Positions 47,350 through 58,138 of a stretch of DNA of 64,000 bases are shown piece after piece. Position 1 is the first letter of the stretch. Every line of letters begins with the position of its first letter. The position numbers were made by a program, and so were the translations under genes. Under the pieces are notes generated by a model. It was not told the DNA's origin and made no database searches. It worked only from the letters and a program-made list of their open reading frames with translations. The stretch is from Heteronotia binoei (Eukaryota): NCBI RefSeq assembly GCF_032191835.1, contig NC_083237.1, positions 40,300,001 to 40,364,000 of the forward strand, written 5' to 3'.

Positions 47350-47590
47350 GGTTCGCCAGGAGAGGCTGCGTATCCTCATCTACAGGCACAGTTTTGTTTT
47401 CTGGGCAGCCCACTTTGCTTGGAGGTCTTCAGTTGGTTTGCAATTGGGCCTCAGTGAGGGGGCCACAGTTGTGTGGCAGGGTCACTGTGGGCTTCATTGG
47501 CCCGGCCTGCTGCCTCTCTTATTTCATGGGAGGCATGGTTCGCCCCCTGATATTTTGGACATACACCTGGGGGGGGGAATGACCTTGGGT
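47350..47590 (+). pseudogene. Ngaro SGNH hydrolase-like ORF, 5' part
   Basis: ILIYRHSFVFWA...WQGHCGLHW...PPDILDIHLGG followed by (frameshifted) GNDLG, resembling SGNH blocks I-III. Confidence 0.7.
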
Positions 47591-48068
47591 GGACAGATGA
47601 ATGCACAAATAGAAATCATTGGAGAGGGCTGAGAACCATATTTGTTACAAAGAAATGGAGCACCCAACTATTTAGAAGTTACTTAGCATGAACTCCATGA
47701 AAGAAAATAATACTTAGGGTATTAAAAAGAAATAAGAATATGCACATACTGACCTCAAAGTAATATTTAATGCCACACTACTGACTGGAAAAGAAAACAA
47801 CAACAACACAGCATAAACTTTAAATTCAGTACTTGGCCTTCCTATGAGATAGATCAAAACTGATATGAAAGTGCAAAAAACGTTTGTAAAACAGATTAAG
47901 AATGCATTTGAAAATATATGCCCTTTTTAAAAAGAGAAAAAAACTGAAACAACGGGGTATAAGAAAGCACTCTAAAATTTTGATTAAAAACAGACAGAGG
48001 AAATATGTATGTAAAATGTAACTAAAATTGTTTCAGAAACAGAGAACAAGGACAGTTGTGGATGGAAC

Positions 48069-48530
48069 TGTCAGACAATGGAACTTCAAATCAACCAGAC
48101 TTCGATTTGATACAAAGTATAGGCTTTATTAGAGAATCCATAGCATCTGAACGAAGAAAGATTGGAACTGATAGTGTTGCATATGAGCACATATCTTAAA
48201 TAATTCTACATCAAAGCTTGCTATGCAAAAAACCCACACATCTAAACATTGCTAGGTCGGGGTGCTAGGTTTCACACGGGTACTTCCCCTTATCTCTTCG
48301 TTATTGCTGCTTCACAGAGATGGCCAAATTGCCAGCCCTGAGGCACTTATCTTCAAAGGAAAGTATCTTTTGTTAGTTTGCAGGGAAAGGAATGTTCACA
48401 TCAACTGTTAGTAACATTCTGTGACCTCTACTTTGATATGCAGCAAGCTTTCTCATGGTTAGTATCAATGCTAAGAAAATGGAGTCAGTGATGCTAAGCA
48501 TTTACTGTAGTTATATTCCAGTGTTTGACA
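48069..48530 (-). repeat. 3' LTR of the chromovirus (462 bp)
   Basis: Direct repeat of 53388-54174 once the SINE is removed. AATAAA on the minus strand at 48125-48130. Confidence 0.95.
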
Positions 48531-48544
48531 TATTGCCCCCCGCC

Positions 48545-51500
48545 CCAAGCTCTTGCTCGGGGTTTGTCTGGATGCAGTAGGTAAAATTTCTTGAGAAGCA
48601 TAGGAGCACGGAGGTTGGATGACTTGACCCACTTATTGCAGCTGGGAGGAAAATATTTCCAGCGCACCAAGTAGTGCAATACCCCCCCCCCTTTTTATTT
48701 TGGCGTCTAACAATTCCTGCACCTCATGGTGACTCTGGCCCTTCACTTGAATAGGTGGAGGCTCTGGAGGGCAGGGGTGCCACAACGAGCCGCCAGGGTC
48801 TCGACGAAGAAGGCTGCAATGAAACACAGGGTGAACTTTACTAAACATTTTAGGTAGCTCCAATTCAACAGTCACTTTATTGATCACCCGTTTGATCTTG
48901 AAGAGCCCCAGATATTTGTAGGCCAGCTTCCGACAGGTCTGCGGCAAAGGCAGGTTCTTGGTAGATAGGAACACCGTCTCCCCTACTTTAAAGTCCCATT
49001 CTGGGGAATGCTTTTTGTCAAAATGAGCTTTATAGCCTCTTTTGGCTGTCTCTAGATTTTCTTGGATGACTGCCCACCCCTTTTTTATTTCTCCCCACCA
49101 TTGTTGGCAAGAGGTAGGTGGCGCTGTTTCCTTTTGGCTGGGCAGCAGCGGGAACGGTTTCCCTTCGTAGCCATGGACTATCTGGAAAGGTGTTGCTTTG
49201 GTTGAACTGTGCAAGCTATTATTGTACCCATATTCGGCAAAAGGCAGTAGTTTGACCCAATTAGTTTGTTGATAGCTTACGTAGCACCTTAGGTACTGCT
49301 CCAGAAGGGCGTTCACGCGTTCCGTCTGTCCGTCCGTCTGCGGGTGGTACGCAGAACTCAAACCCTGTTCTATGACCACCAGCTTGCAAAACTCCCGCCA
49401 GTAGTTGGCAATGAACTGTGGCCCGTGGTCACTGATGACCTTGTCCGGAAATGAGTGTAATCTAACAACGTGTTGGAAAAATAATTAGGCTAGCTTTTTG
49501 GAAGTGGGGAGTTGCTTGCAAGGAATGAAATGCGCCTGTTTAGAAAAAGTGTCCACCACTACCAAGATCACAGTTTTGCCCTGAGATACTGGGAGTTCTA
49601 CTATAAAGTCCATGGACACCACCAACCACGGTCTCGCGGCTGTGGGGGTCAGCTGGAGGAGGCCAGCTGTTTTACCTCCTCTCTTTTTTGCCATGATACA
49701 AATCGGGCAGGAATTCACAAACTCAGAAAGGTCTTTCTTCATCTTTGGCCACCAGAACTGCCGATTTACCAAATGCAGCGTCTTCACATACCCAAAATGC
49801 CCTGCTATTTTGCTGCAGTGGCAATGTTGCAGGACCTCGGAGCGGAGGGTTTGGGGCACATACAGTTTTTCCTCGTGATACCAACCCCCCCCTTCACCCT
49901 TTACAATCCCATCTGGTCTTTGTTCGCCCTCTTTCTCTATCTCCTCGATTAGTCTATTGCCCCCCCCCCCGGCTCTGGAGTCTTTAGGTTTCTCCTGGAG
50001 CGAGTAGTCACCGCCCCGGGGGAATCAGAGAGTCTATGACCTCCTCCTTCTGACTTTCGTGCTGGGGAAGCCGGGATAGTGCATCGGCCAGAAAGTTCTT
50101 TGCCCCCGGGATGTGTCTTAAGATGAAATCAAATCTGGCAAAGAAGCCAGCCCATCGGATATGCTTAGCGGTTAACTTCTGCCAGCCGGTCAGGGCCTCT
50201 AGGTTTTTATGGTGAGTCCATATCTCAAACGGGATTCTCGCCCCCTCCAACCACAACCACCAAGTCTTTAGGGCAAACATTACTGCAAACGCCTCTTTGT
50301 CCCACACCGACCAGTTCCATTGTTCTGGGGAGAATTTCCAGGAGATATAGGCGCACGGTCTTAACCGCCCCTCCTCGTCTTTCTGCATTAATATTGCTCT
50401 GACGGCTATATCGGAAGCACGAAGGGCTTAAGTTCATTTGGGTGGGCCAAGATGGGCTCACTCATGAATAGTCTCTTAAGTTCCTCAAATGCCCTCTGGC
50501 ACTCCGGCGACCATCAGAGTTTTGCCCCGGGTTTCTTAGCCTCCGGCCCCCTTCCCTTAGTCTTAAGTAGGTCAGTCAGGGGCAGCAACACCTGGGTGAA
50601 CCCTTGGATGAACCCCCTATAGAAATTTGCGAAGCCGAGGAAAGATTGTAGCTGTCTACGTGTCCTCGGGGGTTCCCAGTCCAGCACGGCTTGTATTTTG
50701 GCTGGGTCCATAGCCAATCCCTTCCCCGACACCCGGAACCCCAGGCAATCCAGCTCCGTCTGATGGAATTCACATTTTGACAACTTTGCGCACAGTTTGT
50801 GCTCATACAGTGTGGAGAGCACTTTTCTAACCAGCTGCACATGGGATGGCAGATCTTTGGAATAGATAATGATGTCATCCAGGTACACCACCACCCCCTT
50901 GTACAGGTATTCTCTGAGCACTTCGTTAATACAGTTCATAAACACCCCTGGGGCCCCTTGAAGGCCAAATGGCATCACTAAGTATTCAAACTGCCCCATC
51001 GATGTGTTGAACGCCGTCTTCCACTTGTCCCCCTTTTTAATCCTTACTCTGAAGAAGGCATCCCTTAGGTCCAGTTTAGTGAAAATGGACCCCTCTGACA
51101 CTGTACTTAGCAAGTCTTTAATTAACGGGATGGGGTAGGCATTTGACATTGAGATCCCATTTATCCCGCGAAAGTCCGTGCAAAGTCTAAGACTCCCGTC
51201 CTTCTTCTTCTGGAAGAGGACTGGGGCAGCGTGAGGGGCTGTGGCGGGTCTAATGAATCCTCTTTTGAGGTTTTTGTCAATAAACTTTCTCAGTTCTGCC
51301 TTGTCTGCCCACCTCATGGAGTACAGTTTTGCTTTTGCGAGTTCCTGCCCCGGGATCAGTTCAATTGCGCAGTCGGTATGGCGGTGGGGTGGCAGCTCGT
51401 TGGCTTCCTCCTTGCTAAACACCCTCAGCAGGTCCCGATACTCTTTAGGTATCGACCTGATCTCCTCTACTGACACACACATAGTCTCATTCTTAGGGGG

Positions 51501-51972
51501 TGGGGCGGGCCCCCACTTTCCCAGCCAGTGGTGGTGCACACACTGTCGATCCGTGAAGTCTATAGCTTGCACCCCCCACTGTATATCCGGCTGCTGCCTC
51601 GCCAGCCAGCCCACCCCCAACACCATGTTGAAAGAGGACGATGGGGCGATGACGAATACTTCTACCTCCCAATGTTCCTCGATCCCCACCGGTAGCCCCT
51701 GGATCTCCTCCATGCATGGCTCTCCCCTCATGGCCGACCCATCCATTTGTTCAAATTGGATCGGGTGGGGGAGGGTGTTCCATGCCAATCCCAGGGCATC
51801 CGCCAACCATCGGGTTATGATCTCTCGGGTGCACTCTGAATCGACCAAGGCCCAGGCCTGCATGAATCTCTTGTCTCGGATTTAATAGAGTCAGGGGAAC
51901 GAAAAGTAGGGACCCAGTTATTCTCACCTGTAATGGTGCCGTTAGTTCCGCGACCTGCCACCTGGCACCCAT
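48545..51972 (-). pseudogene. pol: Chromovirus pol (protease, RT, RNase H, integrase, chromodomain), several frameshifts
   Basis: ALVDS, RLCTDFR, KLDLRDAF, VMPFGL, YLDD, FLGFANFYR, H-x4-GH...CPIC, SMDFI, YHPQTDGQTER, HPVFHCSLL, YLVRWK. Confidence 0.93.
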
Positions 51973-53330
51973 CAGTGCAGGTCGTTCTCGTTTTTCACCG
52001 GCTCGTTGCTCAGATCCTCAGTAATTATACTATCCTCGTCAATCGCCATCAACATGGCGGCGTTGCCCCGACTGGGTTCCTTGGGCTTTCCTGGTGTCTT
52101 CTTTGGGCCGGCCGCCGTCGGCTTTGGGTTCAGGGGGAGGGGCTCGAGGCTTTTCCGGGCAATTTACGGCCAGGTGCCCCGGGTCTCCACAGCAGTAATA
52201 CTTTCGGCCCCCTGGTGGTTTGGGGATCCCTCCCAGGGTTTGGGTCTTCTTTACCTCTGGCTTTGCTCCCAGCTGAGTCTCTCTTCCCCCCTTCGCCCCT
52301 TTCTGCTATTGGCGTTGCAGGGCTATGTGCTTCATATTGGTTTCCACTTCCCCGGCTAGCTGCATCCACCCCACCAGCGTGGTCGGGCGGGCTTGGTGAA
52401 AGGCTTGGTCCAGCAGGCTTGCGTTGAGGCCTCTCTGGTGGGCTTTGATCTTCATCGATTCGCTCCAGCCTCTGACCCTCGTGCAGTGGGCCCTGAAATC
52501 TGCAGTGTACTCTCTCACAATTTTTGACCCTTGTTGCATTTCGTGCAGTGCGGCCAGGGCTCGGGTTTCTTGGAGAGGGTCTTGGTACTGGCGTAGCATC
52601 ACTTGCAGGAACCCTCCTACACTGGTCAGCTCAGGGGCCCGACTCTCGTACAGGCTCACGTACCATCTCCGAGCTGCCCCTTTCAGTTTCGAGGCAAGAT
52701 AGTCCACCCTGCTGGGTTCGTCAGGGAAAGTATTCTCCCAGTAGTGCATGTAGCTATTGCCCTGGATCGTAAAGAATTCAACTTCTTCGGGGTCTTTGTC
52801 AAAAGTGACATCCATCCCTCTGCCTCTTCCCCCGTCCCAGGGCCCGGGCCCAACGGTTCGTGGGGTGGACGGCCCCACTGGCTGCCTTGCTGGTCAAGCC
52901 GCCATTGCACCTCTCTAGCAATGTGCACTGTGTTGGCCTGGATTTCGTTCTGGAGGTCTTTGGCCCAGCCTCTCATCTCCTTTCGTATCTGCTCAAGGAT
53001 TTCCTCTCCTTTTGGGGGGTTCCCATCCTTTCCATCCGACTTGACCCCCCGGCCTCAACCCTCCTCCGTCGCCCCTCGTTTCGGGTTATTGTCACCTCCC
53101 AGGTTCTCACCCTGGTCTGGCCACGCAAGTAGCTTCTCGTATCGACTCGGCACCTCATCCATTAAGGTGGTCGAGGTGCGGGGCTTCCACTGCTTTGGAG
53201 TGAGGAAGATCATCTGGAAATGCAGCGGGGATCCCCCTGTGTCCCTAGTCCCAGTAACGTGTGTGTGGGGGGTCTTCGGCTCCTCCGCTGCTTCAGTAGG
53301 TTCTCTGTTATCTGGAAATTTTGCAGCCAT
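51972..53330 (-). pseudogene. gag: Chromovirus gag (PEG10/RTL-related capsid), frameshifted
   Basis: SRVDYLASKLKGAARRWY, EMQQGSKIVREYTADFR, and a degenerate CCHC knuckle near 52150-52200. Confidence 0.85.
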
Positions 53331-53387
53331 CTGGCTTAAAAGTAGCTGGCACAGATAAACTCTTCAAAACGTGGATCAGTTCCAAAA

Positions 53388-54174
53388 TGTCAGACAATGG
53401 AACTTCAAATCAACCAGACTTCGATTTGATACAAAGTATAGGCTTTATTAGAGAATCCATAGCATCTGAACGAAGAAAGATTGGAACTGATACAGTGTTG
53501 CATATAAGCACATATCTTAAAGAATTCTACATCAAAGTTTGCTATGCAAAAAACCCACACATCTAAACATTGCTAGGTCAGGGTGCTAGGTTTCACATGT
53601 GTACTTCCCTTTATCTCTTTGTTATTGCCAGTTTGGTGTAGTGGTTAAGTGTGCGGACTCTTATCTGGGAGAACCGGGTTTGATTCCCCACTCCTCCACT
53701 TGCACCTGCTAGCATGGCCTTGGGTCAGCCATAGCTCTGGCAAAGGTTGTCCTTGAAAGGGCAGCTGCTGTGAGAGCCCTCTGCAGCCCCACCCACCTCA
53801 CAGGGTGTCTGTTGTGGGGGAGGAAGGTAAAGGAGATTGTGAGCCGCTCTGAGGCTCTTCGAAGTGGAGGGCGGGATATAAATCCAATTTCTTCTTCTTC
53901 TTCTTCTTCTTCTTCTTCTTCTTCTTCTTCTTCTTCTTCTTCTTCTTCTTCTTCTTCACAGAGATGGCCAAATTGCCAGCCCTGAGGCACTTATCTTCAA
54001 AGGAAAGTATCTTTGGTTCGTTTGTAGGGAAAGGAATGTTCACATCTACTGTTAGTAACATTCTGATACCTCTACTTTGATATGCAGCAAGCTTTCTCAT
54101 GGTTAGTATCAATGCTAAGAAAATGGAGTCAGTGATGCTAAGCATTTACTGTAGTTATATTCCAGTGTCTGACA
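53388..54174 (-). repeat. 5' LTR of the chromovirus, interrupted by a SINE
   Basis: Matches 48069-48530 with about 15 substitutions and a 2-bp indel, counted by eye. Confidence 0.95.
53628..53956 (+). mobile_element. Young tRNA-derived SINE (Squam3-like) with long (TTC)n tail
   Basis: Intact A box tggtgtagtggtt and B box gggtttgattcc, CpGs retained, pure (TTC)n at about 53889-53956. Absent from the other LTR. Confidence 0.9.
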
Positions 54175-54206
54175 GGAACACCAATTCATCAAGGAAGACA
54201 CAAGAC

Positions 54207-54972
54207 TAGAGATGTAAAATTTCTGGAAATTTTGAAGCTCGGAAAAAAACCCAGTTTTTTTCCATTTTTTTTTAAAAAAACAGAAATTTTCTGAAAATTT
54301 GAAAAAAAAAAGCTACATTAGCACTTATTTTTTTTCTTTTCCAGATGAAAAGTCATTCTGTTACTTTAGGAACATAAAATATGACAATTTTACTTGGTGT
54401 GAAATTATCGCAGCTAGCATATTAACAATATAGTGCATCCAAACAATTACTACAAACAGAATTTACTTTTAAAATAATATTTATTTGCAATTATAACAAA
54501 TGGAGCAACAATCTCCTGAACTGTTTACTAGTTTATGTGGAACAGAAAAAAAAACCTCCACAAAACAATTTTTAAAAATCCAGAAGTAACAATTATTCAT
54601 ATTTCCTCTCCACTATTAAATAAAAATTAAAATCTCATTCTCATAGAGAGGGGAAGTGTATAGAAGGGAGTGTAGGACTGAGTTTCAATGAATGGCCATC
54701 ACCTAGAACTTGCTTGTCCGCAGTGCACAGACATTAGAATTATCTGATACCATACATATTTTTTTAGAAATGATTTGGAAAACATATGAACACCTTGTCT
54801 TAAAATATTTTATTCATCATGTTAAAATAAAACATTCCATAATCAATTTCTTTTCTTTTTTTTCCATTTTTCCAATTTTTCGAGGAAAAAACAAAACAAA
54901 AAAGGCTTCAGGAAAAAAAAAACTGGTTATTTCCCAAATGTTTCAATTTTTTTCCGGGCCCTCACATCTCTA
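54207..54972. mobile_element. Non-autonomous hAT element
   Basis: TIRs TAGAGATGT / ACATCTCTA, 8-bp TSD cacaagac/tacaagac, AT-rich interior with subterminal TTTTTCC-type repeats. Confidence 0.8.
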
Positions 54973-56326
54973 TACAAGACACAATGCTATAACAAAAATA
55001 TGTAAAAAATATAAAATGGAAGGGATGGAAACTCTCTTGAAAATTGACTGATGAAGTGGCATTTCCTAGAGAAGTAAAGACAGAAAGTTTAACAGTATTT
55101 GAGGCTGTTAATTAGAAGCAAGATTTTTTTTAAAGGTGGGAAAGTATCAAAAGCGAAGAAACAAAGGATTCTCAAGCTACACTTCATTGGAATGGAATAG
55201 TAGAAGCTTTGTAAAAGAAACCAGAGTGACATTAAAATGTGGATTTTAAAACATGAGTAAGTAGACATTTATTGAGCCAAAATAGAAATTTAAAAAAATA
55301 GGAAAGAATCATATGGCAGTTTATTGAGTATTAGGGAACATAAATAAATTCTAACATGTTATAATATTGAGATTCTTTCAGAGTGTCTACTATATAACCA
55401 ATTTTGATGTCTGATTAGATACATGATATTTCAATATTGCTTATCTAAAAATGTCAGGGGTGTAAAAGTGGTGATCATATTGAAAAGACTATTGTCTGAA
55501 ATATTTACAAAATCTATTATCTGGGAACCGTCTTCTCTCACTGTATTTACTGCAAAATGCTCACCACACACAAAAGAGAAACACACTTTCTTTCGCAGGG
55601 GTCAATTTAAAAATTCTACCTACATTTGGAGTAAATAATTTTTATATTCTGGGAACAGAGTATCATAATATTCCAGTCATATATTCTGAAAATTATGGTT
55701 GCCCATCACATAATTGCCAATCACATAACTGGTTGCCAATCAGGGGGCAGGAAGGGAAAAAAATAATGGAACCAGTGGTATAGTAAGTTGGGTACAATGA
55801 GAACAGGAACTAAGTAAATAATCCATAATTATCTGTGCTATAAACCTTTCGTGATACAAAGATTGCAGTTTACTTACCTAGGTGATGAAACCATAAAAGA
55901 TCGCTCATTTTCAAAACTTGACTCAGAAGGAGAAAGGTGACAAAGTATGGACAGAAAAACAAAGACAAAAAGAGAGAAATTATATATGCCACAGATGGAG
56001 AATAACATCTTTACTTGGGATGAGGATTGTTGTTGAAGTTGTATGGGTGTATGGTTGAACAGCAGAAATGGATATATATGGCTATGCATCACATCCTTGC
56101 TTTCAAAGAGATGTTAATTACACAAGGGTAGGAATGTTTTTTCATGAACTTTTCTTGGCCTCTACTTCTTTTCTCCCACTTCTTTTGGCTTACATCCACT
56201 GAATCAAGTTTCTACTACAACCAGAACTTGTACTGAAAATTATTCTGCAATCTTAGCCAACTATATATTTAAATGAATAGGAATTGTTCCCCTACTGCTC
56301 TCAATAGGGGAACAATTCATATTGCG

Positions 56327-56537
56327 GAGGGACAGCGGCTCAGTGGTAGAGCATCTGCTTGGGAAGCAGAAGGTCCCAGGTTCAATCCCTGGCCTCTCCA
56401 AAAAAGGGTCCAGGCAAATAGGTGTGGAAAAACCTCAGCTTGAGACCCTAGAGAGCTGCTGCCAGTCTAAGACTACTGACTTTGAGGGACCAAAGGTCTG
56501 ATTCAGTATAAGGCAGCTTCATATGTTCATATGTTCA
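56327..56537 (+). mobile_element. tRNA-derived SINE with CR1-like 3' end (Squam2-like)
   Basis: gctcagtggtagagcatctgcttgggaagcagaaggtcccaggttcaatccc head and ggtctgattcagtataaggcagcttcatatgttcatatgttc tail. Confidence 0.85.
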
Positions 56538-56819
56538 ATATATGTGTTTACTGCTAATTCATATAGAAAGAAGGGGGATCAATGTGACATACACACCCAT
56601 AGCAAACAAAATGAGCAACAACCAGAAGCAAGGAGTCTCAAACTGGGAATCCTGTCCACCAGATCCACAGCATAATCCTGTGCAGATTTACTTCAGTCTA
56701 AATCAATTTAAATCAATTTATTTGGACTGGACTACCTTTGGATAAGATTGCACAGCCCCTGTGTTGGCTCACCCAAAGGGATATGATGCCTACCACATTT
56801 TGCACTCCATAATACAGAT

Positions 56820-57139
56820 CAGGAGTGGCCAAACTGTGGCTCAGAAGCCACGTGTGGCTCTTTCATACATATTGTGAGGCTCTCAAAGCCCCTACTGCCC
56901 TGTCGGCCAGCTTGGAGAAGGTATTTCTCTCTTTAATAAGCGACTAGGAGAATGCATTTAAAGTTAAAGTTGCTTTGTTTCCACCTCCACCTTCCTCCCC
57001 TCCCCCATCTATTTCCTTCCTTCCTGCCTGCCTTCCTTCCTGCCTTGCCGCTCACAAACATCTGGCATTCATATCTTGTGGCTCTCAAACATCTGACATT
57101 TATTCTTTGTGGCTCTCATGTTAAGCAAATTTGGCCACA
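56820..57139. mobile_element. hAT MITE
   Basis: caggagtggccaaactgtggctc...aaatttggccac degenerate TIRs and repeated tgtggctct subterminal motifs. Confidence 0.6.
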
Positions 57140-57633
57140 AGTGGTCAGAAAAAAGTGTCCTAGTGCATTTACTCAGCAATTATTTAATGAGGTTTCACTT
57201 GGCCATGTAACCCTACTTTGACCAGTCTCAGCTTGAACCATTTGTCTACTAAATAAAGACCACATTTTTCTTACGCTGACCTGCAAGTCACAGCAGTCCA
57301 TTAGTATATCTTCTCTATTTCAGGCTAGCTTCACTTCATACATCTCTTATAATGACAAACCTTGTATCTACCTGACTCAGACACAGCTGTGCTCTGTAGG
57401 ATAGCCAGCTCTGACAACATCTAAGTGCCCCATGAACATATAAGCCTATTATCATGTGTCCACACTATTTTGTGAGTCAGAAATGTAGTCTGTACAATCG
57501 TTAAAAATGCTTCTGTGGCTGCTGAAAAAGGTCAAGTGAGGTCATGACTTCTCAAAAAGCCCAGTTCTCACTGAAGTTGTTAACTCACATCTGTAACAAC
57601 TTTAGGGTTACCAACCACCAGGTGGGACCTGGA

Positions 57634-58138
57634 TAGGGTTGCCAAGTCCAATTCAAGAAATATCTGGGGACTTTGGGGGTGGAGCCAGGAGACATTGGAG
57701 GTGGAGCAAGGAGCAAGGGTGTGACAAACATAATTGAACTCCAAGGGAGTTCTGGCCATCACATTTAAAAGGACCACACACCTTTTTAAATGCCTTCCTT
57801 CCATAGGAAATAATGAAGGATAGAGGCACCTTCTTTGGGGGCTTATAGAATTGGACCCCCTGCTCCAATATTTTTGAAACTTGGGGGGTATTTTGGGGAG
57901 AGGCACTGGGTGCTATACTGAAAATTTGGTGCCTCTACCTCAAAAAATAGCCCTCTCAGAGCCCCAGATACCCACGGATCAATTCTCCATTATTTCCTAT
58001 GGGAAGGTCTCCATAGGGAATAATACAGTTCCTGCAGACGTTTCCTTCCCCTCCCCTCTCTTTCTGATGACCCTGAAGTGGGGGGAGGGCCTCCAAGCCG
58101 GGGGATCCCCTGCCCCCACCTGGGGATTGGCAACCCTA
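57634..58138. mobile_element. hAT MITE nested inside an older MITE with the same TIR type (outer element about 57603-58205)
   Basis: TAGGGTTGCCAA...TTGGCAACCCTA with a perfect 8-bp TSD GACCTGGA (57626-57633, 58139-58146). Confidence 0.9.

Larger units (their letters stand above)
35599..47590 (+). mobile_element. Ngaro-type (DIRS order) tyrosine-recombinase retrotransposon, degenerate, split by insertions at 36659-43776, 3'-truncated
   Basis: GC-rich leader with TATAAG (35725), gag-like ORF (36202-36660 and 43791-44869), RT, RNase H, YR and SGNH domains in the Ngaro order. Confidence 0.9.
48069..54174 (-). mobile_element. Gypsy/chromovirus (Tf1/sushi group) LTR retrotransposon, structurally complete but frameshifted
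   Basis: Two TGTCA...TGACA LTRs, 5-bp TSD GGAAC (48064-48068, 54175-54179), PPT next to 48531, and gag-PR-RT-RNase H-IN-chromodomain order. Confidence 0.96.

Noticed and set aside
51241-53358. Long plus-strand ORFs (51241-51885, 51933-52427, 52603-53358)
   Set aside because: Antisense shadows of GC-rich gag/pol sequence with no independent motifs. The same applies to 2055-2405 and similar ORFs over CR1, L1 and Ngaro.
53709-54145. ORFs with poly-E, poly-S or poly-K tracts
   Set aside because: These are translations of the (TTC)n SINE tail.
56327-56400. tRNA gene (also the heads at 8128, 16957 and 53628)
   Set aside because: A and B boxes are present, but each continues into a SINE body and tail, and no complete cloverleaf with acceptor stem is evident.
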